This document shows positions 18,481 to 28,170 of a stretch of DNA of 64,000 nt, piece by piece. Below the pieces are notes generated by a model, which was not told the DNA's origin, searched no databases, and was given only the letters and a program-made list of their open reading frames with translations. Position 1 is the first letter of the stretch, and each line of letters begins with the position of its first letter. Source of the stretch: Marinicella sp. (GTDB lineage Bacteria > Pseudomonadota > Gammaproteobacteria > Xanthomonadales > Marinicellaceae); NCBI GenBank assembly GCA_965230295.1, contig OZ246001.1, forward strand, positions 2,080,001 to 2,144,000, given 5' to 3'. The translations under genes were made by a program, and so were the position numbers.

Positions 18481-19266
18481 ATGAATAATCCATTCAAACC
18501 CAGAGTCGGTGCGGTGATGAGTGCCGATGTTGCCGTACCTCGCCATGATGAGGTGGTGCAATTTTATGCTGAAATCCTGACCACCGGTGACCTGCCACTT
18601 TGGCAGGCCGATTTGATGAACAACCGAGGCACACCGATCATTGGCTTGGGTCCCCAAAGCCCGGATTATGCCGAGCTGCCTTTGCAATGGATGCCACACT
18701 TTCAAGTGTCCGATGTGGCCGCCAGTGCCAAAAAAGCCTTGGATCTCGGCGGCACCGAAGTGATGCATGGTAAGGACGATGAGGGCGACAGCCAATGGGC
18801 CGTGATCCTTGACCCCAATGGCGCAGCCTTTGGACTGATCCCTGTGGTGCCAAATGAAATGGTCCCAGATTATGGTTCTGATGAAGCCGGTGATTTTGGC
18901 CACATTGCCTGGCTCGACTTAACCACACCCAATGCGGAAACCACCCGTGATTTTTACGCGACAGTCATCGGCCTGAAACCAGCAGATGTTAACATGACGG
19001 ATGGTGATGACAGCTATGCTGATTACAACATGCTCGGCAGCGATGACCAGCCAGTTGGTGGCGTCTGCCATGCCCGAGGATGCAATCAGGACTTACCTCC
19101 CGTGTGGCTGATGTACCTACCGGTTGGTGATTTAGCAGCCAGCCTGAAAAAGGTCGAACAAAACCAAGGTCAGGTGATCAAAACTTATGAAAACGATAAC
19201 GGACAAACCACCATGGCCGTGATCCAGGATCCGGTGGGTGCTTATGTGGCTTTGTCGCAAAATTAA
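18481..19266 (+). CDS. Two-domain VOC/glyoxalase protein
   Basis: WMPHFQV.DV, AVILDPNGAAF, AWLDL, WLMYL.V, AVIQDPVGA. Confidence 0.88.
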   Translation: MNNPFKPRVGAVMSADVAVPRHDEVVQFYAEILTTGDLPLWQADLMNNRGTPIIGLGPQSPDYAELPLQWMPHFQVSDVAASAKKALDLGGTEVMHGKDDEGDSQWAVILDPNGAAFGLIPVVPNEMVPDYGSDEAGDFGHIAWLDLTTPNAETTRDFYATVIGLKPADVNMTDGDDSYADYNMLGSDDQPVGGVCHARGCNQDLPPVWLMYLPVGDLAASLKKVEQNQGQVIKTYENDNGQTTMAVIQDPVGAYVALSQN

Positions 19267-19398
19267 GTTAATGAAAGTCAGAAATCAATGATTTACAATA
19301 AATTATTTGAATTTTGCGTGCATGAAATTACGCCAATATCTTGATAGATGTCAGAGATGCACCATTAATAAGTTGTCAGCAATACAAAGAGACACCGG

Positions 19399-19905
19399 AT
19401 GAAAAGGATCGTTTTAATGGGACTTTTGAGTTTTATTTCTAGTTTGTTCACCACAAGTGTGCACAGTGAACCTGAGATATCTGTGCTCAGTGAGGTTCAA
19501 TCGGATGAAATAAAGGCGATGTCCAAGCAGGGAAAAGGAATAATGGTCAAGTACTTAGGGGTGCAGGCCAATTACACCGAAGATGACATTGATCGAGTTG
19601 TTATTATATGGAGGCAATCCGAAAAACCAAATAAAGAAAGTCCAGATGAATTTATTGGAAATCTCGGTGCTTATTTAGGAGAGCTGTTGATAGAAAACCA
19701 CGATTTATCCTGGTGTGTGTATAAAGATGTCCGAGGTAGTGATTACTGCATTACGCATAAAAAAATTGTAGTACATACCTTTCCACATTCGACCGTTTAT
19801 AAAGCGGCTATTGAAGGCAGGGAAAATGCGATTAGAGATGTGTCTAAAGCTCTGCTAGAACAAATCAATGAACATCATGATAATCCTGAAGTTAAAACAC
19901 ATTAA
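19399..19905 (+). CDS. DUF3806-like protein (cassette ORF)
   Basis: LGAYLGELL...W....D..G......FP....K pattern; flanked by attC elements. Confidence 0.65.
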   Translation: MKRIVLMGLLSFISSLFTTSVHSEPEISVLSEVQSDEIKAMSKQGKGIMVKYLGVQANYTEDDIDRVVIIWRQSEKPNKESPDEFIGNLGAYLGELLIENHDLSWCVYKDVRGSDYCITHKKIVVHTFPHSTVYKAAIEGRENAIRDVSKALLEQINEHHDNPEVKTH

Positions 19906-19908
19906 AAT

Positions 19909-19956
19909 TGCTAACAATTCAAAGCAGTGGATGAACCACTGTTTGAGGCGTTAGGC
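19909..19956 (+). mobile_element. attC site (short, 48 bp)
   Basis: TGCTAAC-AATTC-AAAGCAGT-GGATGAACC-ACTGTTT-GAGGC-GTTAGGC: R'', 5-bp spacer, 8-bp L'' with one extra base, 7-bp L', 5-bp spacer, GTTRRRY. Confidence 0.75.
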
Positions 19957-19974
19957 TCAGATTGAATTCTAAGC

Positions 19975-20475
19975 ATGAGAGAATTTATGGAATTGTCATT
20001 ACGCAAAGCAGAATTGAATGATAAAGAAGTTTTGGAAGGAATAAGGTCAGATTCCTTTGAACCAATATTTGCCTCTTTTAGAAAAATCCTCGGTGAAGAG
20101 ATATATGAGTTAGCTCAAAGACAAGAGGATGAAGAACAGAAAAATATTTTGGCTGGGATGTTTTCAGAAAATTCAACGTGGCAGCTATATGTCGCAGAGC
20201 ACGAGAGCGAGGTTGTCGGGTTTGTATCATTTCAGATTAATGAGCAGACTACAGTAGGTGAGATTGGACTGAATGCCGTAAGGTCAATTCACTCTGGAAA
20301 GGGCGTCGGTACTAGAATGTATGAATTCGCTAATGAGGAAATGAAAAAGGCTGGAATGCGAGTAGCTACTGTAGCCACGGGTGGAGATGAAAGCCATATT
20401 CCCGCAAGGAAGGCTTATGAAAAAGCAGGGTTTGATGTTCAAATTCCTAGTGTATGGTACTGCCGTCTGCTATGA
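19975..20475 (+). CDS. GNAT acetyltransferase (cassette ORF)
   Basis: GEIGLNAV...SGKGVGT, ARKAYEKAGF. Confidence 0.88.
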   Translation: MREFMELSLRKAELNDKEVLEGIRSDSFEPIFASFRKILGEEIYELAQRQEDEEQKNILAGMFSENSTWQLYVAEHESEVVGFVSFQINEQTTVGEIGLNAVRSIHSGKGVGTRMYEFANEEMKKAGMRVATVATGGDESHIPARKAYEKAGFDVQIPSVWYCRLL

Positions 20476-20478
20476 ATA

Positions 20479-20539
20479 GTTTAACAAGCAAAGCCGGAAG
20501 GTCCCGCCTGGTGGTTCGCTTCTGTTTTGAGCATTAAAT
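20479..20539 (+). mobile_element. Degenerate attC site
   Basis: GTTTAAC (RYYYAAC) 3 nt after the stop, imperfect inner inverted repeat, R' mutated to ATTAAAT. Confidence 0.55.
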
Positions 20540-20561
20540 GCGATATAGAGAACGAAGTTAT

Positions 20562-20582
20562 AAGGAATGTTCTTGGGGCTTC
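20562..20582 (+). repeat. 25-bp element-end motif (21 bp retained)
   Basis: AAGGAATGTTCTTGGGGCTTC identical to 33813-33833. Confidence 0.75.
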
Positions 20583-20678
20583 CAAATCATCTCATACAGG
20601 GTGTTGTATGACCAATGAAACAGGGTTCAGCATTTAACAAACCAATAAGTTACCACTCTACACATACAGGAGAAATAA

Positions 20679-21074
20679 GTGATTAAGTTCGGGTACACAA
20701 TTGTTTATGTTGCCGATGTGAATGAGGCGTTGTCATTTTTTGAAAATGCCTTTGGTATGAGCCGAAAGTTCGTCACAGAAGAAAATGATTACGGCGAACT
20801 GAGCACAGGAGAAACAACACTTTCATTCGCATCTCACGAGCTTGGTCGCTCAAATTTTAAAGGTGGTTACGTCAGCGGATCCGATTCAGACCAGCCATTG
20901 GGTACGGAAATCGCATTGGTAACTGCTGATGTCAACACAGCTCACTCATCTGCGCTAAAGCACGGCGCTTCTGAGCTAAAAGCTCCGGAAGAAAAGCCTT
21001 GGGGGCAAGTGGTTTCTTATGTACGTTGTCCATCGGGTATATTATTAGAACTGTGTACACCGATAACAGGCTAA
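20679..21074 (+). CDS. VOC family protein (cassette-like)
   Basis: YTIVYV.DV, YGEL.TG, EIALV, P.EKPWGQ.VSYVR.PSG.LLEL; AGGAG SD. Confidence 0.88.
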   Translation: MIKFGYTIVYVADVNEALSFFENAFGMSRKFVTEENDYGELSTGETTLSFASHELGRSNFKGGYVSGSDSDQPLGTEIALVTADVNTAHSSALKHGASELKAPEEKPWGQVVSYVRCPSGILLELCTPITG

Positions 21075-21155
21075 GTTCTGGCAAGGCCAAATCAACCGCA
21101 AATAATGTGGGCTGGAAATGCTAAGGCGCACCTTAGCTTGTGGATTTAATCGACC

Positions 21156-21455
21156 ATGAATACCCAGAAGCCAAATACACCACTTTCAGGATATCTATTT
21201 ACTTTTACCAGTGCAATTCTCTGTGTCCTGTCTTTATTGGATGGTGATTCGAGAATTAACAACACAGCTTCTTTTGTGTTTCATTCACACAGTCCGGTGC
21301 TGTTAATTGTATTCATAAATTTGTTGGGCGTCATTTGGGTGGTGTTAACTGCATACTTTGTCATCAGTGGTAAAAGGGTTGTGGGTCTTGTCGAAAAGTG
21401 TCAGCTTGGTTTTTATCTCTTCACATGGTGTCTTATGTTTTATTTGTATTATTGA
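21156..21455 (+). CDS. Small hypothetical membrane protein
   Basis: 99 aa, three hydrophobic segments. Confidence 0.5.
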   Translation: MNTQKPNTPLSGYLFTFTSAILCVLSLLDGDSRINNTASFVFHSHSPVLLIVFINLLGVIWVVLTAYFVISGKRVVGLVEKCQLGFYLFTWCLMFYLYY

Positions 21456-21591
21456 AGTGAGTTTGAAAGATGAAACATCTGAGTTAAAGTTCATGAACAC
21501 AAATAAATGATGTTGGTTCCAGTTCTGTTATGATGGTTACATCAGTTTGTCGTTCAACGGTAACCCACTCTTTGATATCAGGAGACCCCAT

Positions 21592-22374
21592 ATGAAACAA
21601 TTGGCAATCACTCTATTGGCGGCAGTATTTGCCCTCACCAATTCAAATTGTGTCAGTGCTGAAGTCACTGAGAAAGCCATCACTTTGCCCAATGACCTGG
21701 GCACAGCCACCTTATACAGCAACCCAAAGGTTGACGGCTCTGATACCGGTATTATCGTGGTGCATGAATGGTGGGGCTTGAATCAATATGCCAAAGATCG
21801 GGCCAAAATGCTGGCTGAGGCCGGACACACCGCAATCGCTGTGGACATGTATGGTCACGGCAAAGTCGCTGAACACCCGGAGGATGCTCAAGGTTTTATG
21901 CAAGCCGCCATGGCCAATCCTGAGTTGGTCACTGCTCGATTCAATGCGGCCAAAGACATTTTGAGGGGACAAAAGCAAGTGAATGCTGAGCGAATTTATG
22001 CCATGGGCTACTGTTTTGGTGGTGCAGTGGTGTTGAACCAGGCCCGCATGGGCAACGATTTGGCTGGGGTCGCCAGTTTTCATGGTAGCTTAAATGCTGC
22101 TGTTGAAGCCAAACCTGGCGCCATCCAAGCCAAAATCATGGTCGCCCATGGTGGTGCAGATCCATTTGTTCCGGCCGAACAGGTGACCGGTTTCGTTCAG
22201 GAAATGTTGTCCTTGGGTGCTGATTTTGAACTCCTCAACTACCCACAAGCCAAACACAGCTTCACCAATCCTGGCGCCACCGAGAAAGGCCAAAAATATG
22301 AATTGCCCTTGGCTTATGATGAACAAGCGGATAAGGCAAGTTGGAAGGCCTTTTTGCAGTTTATTGAGGAATGA
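21592..22374 (+). CDS. Dienelactone hydrolase family protein, exported
   Basis: HEWWGLN, GYCFGG, SFHG, HG.ADP, HSFTNP; GGAG SD. Confidence 0.92.
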   Translation: MKQLAITLLAAVFALTNSNCVSAEVTEKAITLPNDLGTATLYSNPKVDGSDTGIIVVHEWWGLNQYAKDRAKMLAEAGHTAIAVDMYGHGKVAEHPEDAQGFMQAAMANPELVTARFNAAKDILRGQKQVNAERIYAMGYCFGGAVVLNQARMGNDLAGVASFHGSLNAAVEAKPGAIQAKIMVAHGGADPFVPAEQVTGFVQEMLSLGADFELLNYPQAKHSFTNPGATEKGQKYELPLAYDEQADKASWKAFLQFIEE

Positions 22375-22429
22375 CACACATTGGCAAAAGATATTTGTTG
22401 GCTGTTAAATGATTCAATGGTGAGTGGAC

Positions 22430-23329
22430 ATGAGTAACACACGCGACTTGGTTGGTTACGGACAACACACACCGAAAAATGTGTGGCCCAATGGTGAACG
22501 ACTCGCGCTGCAGTTCGTGATTAACTATGAGGAAGGCGGTGAGAATTGTATCCTCAATGGTGATCATGCATCCGAGGCGTTCCTTTCTGAAATCATTGGT
22601 GCCAAACCACTTGAAGGCGTTCGACACATGAGCATGGAGTCGATCTATGAATATGGCAGTCGTGCAGGCTTTTGGCGCTTACATCGTTTGTTCACTGAAC
22701 GGGACATACCTGTGACTGTTTATGGGGTGGCAACTGCATTGGAAAAAAACCCGAAAGCAGTGGTTGCGATGCAAGCGGCTGACTGGGAAATAGCCTCGCA
22801 TGGACTTAAGTGGATCAATTACCAAGACATACCTGTGGCTGAAGAACGCCAACATATCCAACAAGCCATTGAGATTCATACCCGCGTCACAGGAGAAAGG
22901 CCGCTGGGCTGGTACACCGGACGAACCAGCCCCCACACCCGGGATTTGGTTCATGAGGCGGGTGGTTTTTTATATGATGCTGACTCTTATGCCGATGACC
23001 TGCCTTATTGGGTGACGGATTATGACAAACCGTATTTGATCATTCCTTATACCCTTGACAACAACGACATGCGTTTTGCTACCAATCAAGGGTTCAATTG
23101 TGGTGACCAGTTTTTCACTTACCTCAAAGACAGTTTCGATGTGCTGTATGCCGAAGGTGCCCAATCGCCTAAAATGATGAGTGTTGGTTTGCACTGTCGT
23201 CTGGTTGGACGTCCCGGTCGGGCAGCCGCATTGATCAAGTTCCTCGATTATGTAAAAGGCTTTACAGACGTGTGGATCACACGCCGTGTAGACATTGCCA
23301 GGCACTGGCATGCCAAACACAAACCCTGA
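22430..23329 (+). CDS. puuE: Allantoinase PuuE (polysaccharide deacetylase family)
   Basis: RDLVGYG, INYEEGGE, ESIYEYGSRAGFWR, YTLDNNDMRF, GLHCRLVGRPGR. Confidence 0.92.
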   Translation: MSNTRDLVGYGQHTPKNVWPNGERLALQFVINYEEGGENCILNGDHASEAFLSEIIGAKPLEGVRHMSMESIYEYGSRAGFWRLHRLFTERDIPVTVYGVATALEKNPKAVVAMQAADWEIASHGLKWINYQDIPVAEERQHIQQAIEIHTRVTGERPLGWYTGRTSPHTRDLVHEAGGFLYDADSYADDLPYWVTDYDKPYLIIPYTLDNNDMRFATNQGFNCGDQFFTYLKDSFDVLYAEGAQSPKMMSVGLHCRLVGRPGRAAALIKFLDYVKGFTDVWITRRVDIARHWHAKHKP

Positions 23330-23372
23330 TTTAAAATATTTTCAACACTGTAGTCTGATAGAATATTAACCC

Positions 23373-23564
23373 ATGAAAAAAGCCATCAATAAATACTGTC
23401 CCCGATCTGGCAAGCCAGTAGCCGAAGACTCATTGACCGAATACCGTGGCCGAGTCGTGGGTTTTTGTAACCCAGGCTGTCGGGATGATTTCGCCAGTGA
23501 TGTCGATGCCAGCCCAAATGACAAGCAATACTTTGATGTGGTGATTAAGGAAACCGAGTCTTGA
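23373..23564 (+). CDS. Small YHS/TRASH-like protein
   Basis: CPRSGKPV ... VGFCNPGCRDDF. Confidence 0.75.
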   Translation: MKKAINKYCPRSGKPVAEDSLTEYRGRVVGFCNPGCRDDFASDVDASPNDKQYFDVVIKETES

Positions 23565-23694
23565 TTCTGTTCCGCATGCCGCATTAAAGGAGAGCACTAC
23601 ACCAAAAGGGGCTTTAAAACAAATGTCTAAACCACCTGTGACTTCTTCCAAGTCGCAAATGACTGAATGAAAAAAATGACCGTAAAGTCTAACC

Positions 23695-24714
23695 ATGATG
23701 AATAAACCAAAATCACTTCAAATCTGTTGTTTTATTTTATTGTTATTATTCAGTTCGGTACTTATTGCCAAGGACCAAGGCGGCCTGAAAGAACGGTCCA
23801 ATAACGTGGCGAAACATGAATTCATAACAGCAGCTGATTCAGAGACACCATTCAGGCCCCGCATCATTGCCTATTACAATTCCAACACCCAACCGATCCT
23901 CAACCAGGCTGAGTACCTGCCTTATACCCATTACATTCTGGCCTTTCTGATTCCTGATGGTCGAGGTGGTGTTAAACCTTCAAAAGATTTGCAGCAGGTG
24001 TTGGCAGACGAAGAAGTGTTGTCACGGATTCAAGCAGCGGGTAAGAAGGTCATGGTCTCGGTCGGTGGTGGCACGGTTACAGGCAAAGATTGGTTACTGA
24101 TGGGTCAAAACGCTGAAGCAGTGGCAGATTCAATTGTTGCGGTTGTGCAGCGATACCATTTGGACGGTGTGGATTTGGATGTCGAGGCGGTCCCTTACAC
24201 CGAGCAAAAAACTTTTCAGCCCTATGCAGATGCGGTGGTTGCACTGACCGGGGTGTTGGCCAAAAGGTTACCCAACAAATACCTGAGCCATGCACCCCAG
24301 CCACCTTACCTCTGTAAACCGGGCAGTTCCGGCGAATGCCCTAAAGATTCACTGTACGCTACCATATTGGCAGCAACAGGAGAACAGATCAGTTGGCTGA
24401 ATATGCAGTATTACAGCAACCCGCCAGTGACCTCTTCAGACATGGATGAGGTTGAGTCCTATGAGTCTATCGTAGAAGGGTGGACTGGTTTCGCTGGACT
24501 GGCGCCTGAGCGATTGGTACTCGGTAAACCGTATTCCACACGGGTCAATGGTTATGAGTCCATGACTGAAGTCAGCAGTAAAATCTTACAACCATTGAGT
24601 AAAAAACATGGCAATAAATTTGGCGGTTTTATGGCCTGGGAATTCAACGAAGATGAAAATGGAGCCTGGGCAGAGGCTGTTCATCAAGCAATTGGAAGTG
24701 ATGTCAATAACTGA
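23695..24714 (+). CDS. Secreted GH18 glycoside hydrolase (chitinase-like), catalytic domain only
   Basis: SVGG, LDGVDLDVE (DxxDxDxE), NMQYY, GGFMAW. Confidence 0.88.
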   Translation: MMNKPKSLQICCFILLLLFSSVLIAKDQGGLKERSNNVAKHEFITAADSETPFRPRIIAYYNSNTQPILNQAEYLPYTHYILAFLIPDGRGGVKPSKDLQQVLADEEVLSRIQAAGKKVMVSVGGGTVTGKDWLLMGQNAEAVADSIVAVVQRYHLDGVDLDVEAVPYTEQKTFQPYADAVVALTGVLAKRLPNKYLSHAPQPPYLCKPGSSGECPKDSLYATILAATGEQISWLNMQYYSNPPVTSSDMDEVESYESIVEGWTGFAGLAPERLVLGKPYSTRVNGYESMTEVSSKILQPLSKKHGNKFGGFMAWEFNEDENGAWAEAVHQAIGSDVNN

Positions 24715-24924
24715 AAATAATTCAGAAAATTAATCATTTAAGTAGTACACCAAATAAAAATACTTCGATCATGTGATCATCTGGCTGTTGTGGCGCACTT
24801 CAGCTGGCAATAAACACCAAACCAGGTTGGGTAGATTGGAGTCATCTCCACATCAAAAATATATGGCACAAAATATCCCGGTAATACGTATGAATGGTAT
24901 ATCCATATCATAAAGGTGATAACC

Positions 24925-26169
24925 ATGAAAAATAAAATTGTGTTGCTGATGGCGTTGATGTTGGTGGCTTGGCAGGCACAAGCCCTGACCTTTCAGGCGA
25001 TTGTCTTGTCAGATGAAATTGACAACAATCCAGGCGATGGCGTTTGTGAAATTCCATTTGGCATGAAATTTTGTAGTTTACGAGCCGCTATCATGGAGGC
25101 CAATGCGTTGGGTGGCAGCCACACCATCATGTTAAGCGGCAGTGGTGCTGTTTATGAATTGACTATTTTGGGAGAAGAAACGGGTGGTGTAGCCGGAGAT
25201 TTAAATGTCATTGCGGCTGATATTACCATCATTGGCGCAGGGCCGGGTGAGACCATCATCAATGGTAATAACAACAATCGAATCTTCCATGTATCAAATG
25301 ATGCACAATTGAACTTATTAGATTTAACGCTGACTGGTGGTAGGGCAGCGACTGCCAGTAATTTCAGTGGTGGGGCCATCAGTGTCGACACAGCGGAAGC
25401 AGAAGTTTACATCGAAAATGTTGTTTTTGAAAACAACAGTGCCAATGCCGGTGGTGCGGTACACGCAACTTTTGGAACAGTTCATATTGCCAATTCTTTG
25501 TTGGTGGATAATTTTACCGAAAACCTGGGTTTCACCAATTTAAACGGACCTGCCATTTTTTGTAATAACTGCGAAATGTTTATTGATGGGTCTACATTCA
25601 TGCGCAATGATATGGGCGGCAAAGCCATTGAGATTCACTCTGGCGCCCTATTAATGATGACCAACAGCACCATGACAGACAATGAGGGAGGCGGTGTCCG
25701 TTCACAAAACGGCAACGCCATTATCAGATTCAGTACCTTTGTTTCAGATTCAGCGCAAAACCTGTCTCATTTCAGCTTTGATGGCACCCATTCGATGGAT
25801 GTTGGTCATTCTGTATTATTCACAACACCAGGTGCTTCTGTTGATAACTGCCAAAGTGGCGATAAACCCATTTCGTCTGGTTATAACATCGTCAGTGATG
25901 GCAGCTGTGAGTTTATGTCAGCAGGAGATAATGAAAACACAGATGCCATGTTGAATGCTGTGGGTAGTAATGGCGGTCTGGGGCCCACTTTCTTACCCAT
26001 GACTGGCAGTCCTGTCATTGATCATGTTCCTTTGTCCGAATGCCTGTCTGCAACTGGGCTGACCTTATCGGTGGATCAAAGGGGCGAGATGAGACCCATG
26101 GGTACATCTTGTGATGCAGGCGCTGTAGAAGTTAATTTGGATTATATTTTCACCGATGGTTTTGAGTGA
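24925..26169 (+). CDS. Secreted CSLREA / choice-of-anchor Q beta-helix protein with C-terminal DYIFTDGFE
   Basis: CSLRAAIMEAN, GGAI repeats, SPVID...DQRG..RP...CDAGAVE, terminal IFTDGFE. Confidence 0.88.
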   Translation: MKNKIVLLMALMLVAWQAQALTFQAIVLSDEIDNNPGDGVCEIPFGMKFCSLRAAIMEANALGGSHTIMLSGSGAVYELTILGEETGGVAGDLNVIAADITIIGAGPGETIINGNNNNRIFHVSNDAQLNLLDLTLTGGRAATASNFSGGAISVDTAEAEVYIENVVFENNSANAGGAVHATFGTVHIANSLLVDNFTENLGFTNLNGPAIFCNNCEMFIDGSTFMRNDMGGKAIEIHSGALLMMTNSTMTDNEGGGVRSQNGNAIIRFSTFVSDSAQNLSHFSFDGTHSMDVGHSVLFTTPGASVDNCQSGDKPISSGYNIVSDGSCEFMSAGDNENTDAMLNAVGSNGGLGPTFLPMTGSPVIDHVPLSECLSATGLTLSVDQRGEMRPMGTSCDAGAVEVNLDYIFTDGFE

Positions 26170-26458
26170 CTTGTGTTGGTTTTGTTGGGGTCCCAATCGA
26201 TTTATTTTGGTGTAAAAAGGTGTGAATTGTCCCTGATACTTAAAAAGGGGGGATGAAATTAAGTAACCAGTTTAGTTGACAATTCACGGTCCGAATTATA
26301 GTTAATAATATGAATTAAGATAGTTTTTCACCTTGAAGTTCACATTTCTTTACAAATGGATGGTGCCACGCAGAAGATTATTGTCTCTCAACACTTTTAT
26401 TTTTCTTGAAGATCACCATGATAATTAATTCTGTCATCTTGCCTATCGAGGAGCTGTT

Positions 26459-26941
26459 ATGAAATACCAACTCGCCCAACTCAACATTGCTCAATTTCGC
26501 TTACCACAAGAACACCCTGCCAATGCTGATTTTGTCAACAACCTGGATCGGGTCAATGCCATTGCGGAAACGCAGCCCGGATTTGTTTGGCGCTTCACCG
26601 GTTCAGGCAATGATGCCTTGGATGTCCAGGCTTTTGAAGATCCTAACATTGCTGTGAACATGTCTGTTTGGACGGACATCAGGTCGTTGGTCAAATTTGT
26701 TTACCGCAATGATGAGCACAAGCAAATCATGCGCAGACGCAAAGAATGGTTTGATAAAATGGCATTTCATATGGTGTTGTGGTGGATTGAAGCCGATCGT
26801 TTACCCACTTTGGAAGAAGCCAAAATACGACTTGAGTTATTGCGTCGTAACGGCCCATCCTATGCGGCCTTCACTTTTAAACAACCCTATGCACCGCCCA
26901 CTGGTGAGCTGTTGAACCCATTCAAAGATGAATGCGCATGA
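26459..26941 (+). CDS. DUF3291 protein
   Basis: LAQLNIA, INA.AE..PGFVWR-like, NMSVW, RRKEWF, VLWW, GP...AFTF. Confidence 0.88.
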   Translation: MKYQLAQLNIAQFRLPQEHPANADFVNNLDRVNAIAETQPGFVWRFTGSGNDALDVQAFEDPNIAVNMSVWTDIRSLVKFVYRNDEHKQIMRRRKEWFDKMAFHMVLWWIEADRLPTLEEAKIRLELLRRNGPSYAAFTFKQPYAPPTGELLNPFKDECA

Positions 26942-26992
26942 TTGGGTTCAAATGACATACCCAATAAACTTATAAAATTTTTAGGAGCATAA

Positions 26993-27466
26993 ATGAAAAC
27001 CCAATATAGATTTTTAATGGTCGCTTTTGTTCTGGTCAGCCAGACAAGCTTGGCCAGTGATGAGGCTGTGTTTAAGCCGGTCAATGACCTGTTCTTGGCC
27101 ATGTCAAACATTGATCATGACAGAATGAAAGCGGAAGTGACCGAAGACTTTTTGTTGTTGGAGCATGGCGAAGTGTGGACCATGGGTGATTTAATGGCTG
27201 TGGTCAAACCTTCAGACTACAAAAGAACCAATTATTTCAGTGTGATCAACATCAACCATCAAGACAACATGGCCTGGATTAATTATTGGAACAAAGCCAA
27301 TTTCGATAACCAGAAAAACAGTGAAGATGTGGTTTGGCTGGAAAGTGTGGTTATGGTCAAGAAATCAGGTGACTGGAAAATTGCACAAATGCACTCCACA
27401 AGGTTAGAGCCTAAAAGGGTTCCCAATGACATTGATTTCATCAAACAGTCGATTGATTATAGATAA
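26993..27466 (+). CDS. Exported NTF2-like (DUF4440) protein
   Basis: Signal peptide; DFLLLEHG, WLES......WKI...HS. Confidence 0.75.
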   Translation: MKTQYRFLMVAFVLVSQTSLASDEAVFKPVNDLFLAMSNIDHDRMKAEVTEDFLLLEHGEVWTMGDLMAVVKPSDYKRTNYFSVININHQDNMAWINYWNKANFDNQKNSEDVVWLESVVMVKKSGDWKIAQMHSTRLEPKRVPNDIDFIKQSIDYR

Positions 27467-27530
27467 GTAAGCCAAATGAGTTGAAAACTAGACTCAAGTC
27501 ATTTGGTGGATTCATTGAATAGTATTTACC

Positions 27531-28019
27531 ATGAACATCAGAACAGCAACCAAACAAGACTGGAATTCGATTTGGCCAATTTTGCGCGAGATTGTGCAAG
27601 CCGGTGAGACTTATGGTTTTGATCCCAATATCAGCCAAGCACAAGCCGAGCAAATCTGGATGGAAGCTCCCCGCAATACCTATGTGGTTGAGGAGGGTGA
27701 CCAAATATTGGGCACTTATTTTCTGAAGTCCAATCATGGAGGCCCAGGTGGTCACGTGTGTAACTGTGGCTATATGGTGTCTCCTCAAGCCCGCGGCAAA
27801 GGACTGGCCACTGCCATGTGTGAACATTCACAACAGCAGGCTGTGGCTTTGGGTTATCAAGCCATGCAGTTTAATTTCGTTGCCACCAGTAATGAGGGTG
27901 CTGTAAGACTGTGGGGAAAGCTGGGTTTCGAAACCGTAGGCCGCTTGCCCAAGGCATTCAAGCACCCAACTAAAGGGTATGTTGATGCCTTGGTGATGTA
28001 TAAATGGTTGGCTGAATGA
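27531..28019 (+). CDS. GNAT acetyltransferase
   Basis: HVCNCGYMV...ARGKG, MQFNFV..SNEGAV.LW..LGF. Confidence 0.9.
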   Translation: MNIRTATKQDWNSIWPILREIVQAGETYGFDPNISQAQAEQIWMEAPRNTYVVEEGDQILGTYFLKSNHGGPGGHVCNCGYMVSPQARGKGLATAMCEHSQQQAVALGYQAMQFNFVATSNEGAVRLWGKLGFETVGRLPKAFKHPTKGYVDALVMYKWLAE

Positions 28020-28170
28020 TGCCGGGAATGAATCATCTCTTTGTCACTTAATTGGAGCTCCTGACGAAAAAATGTGTCGAAATGCTGGGCCTTCGGTGTG
28101 CAATCATGCATACTGGAACTGCGAACGAATGAATCCGCGATTGAAAATATAACTTAAAGGGGAATTGCAG

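Noticed and set aside
21075-21140. Possible attC after the VOC cassette (TGGCAAGGCCAAATCAACCG...)
   Set aside because: Lacks TAAC and a GTT core; too decayed to call, although TGG(TAA)C would complement GTTACCA at 20649.
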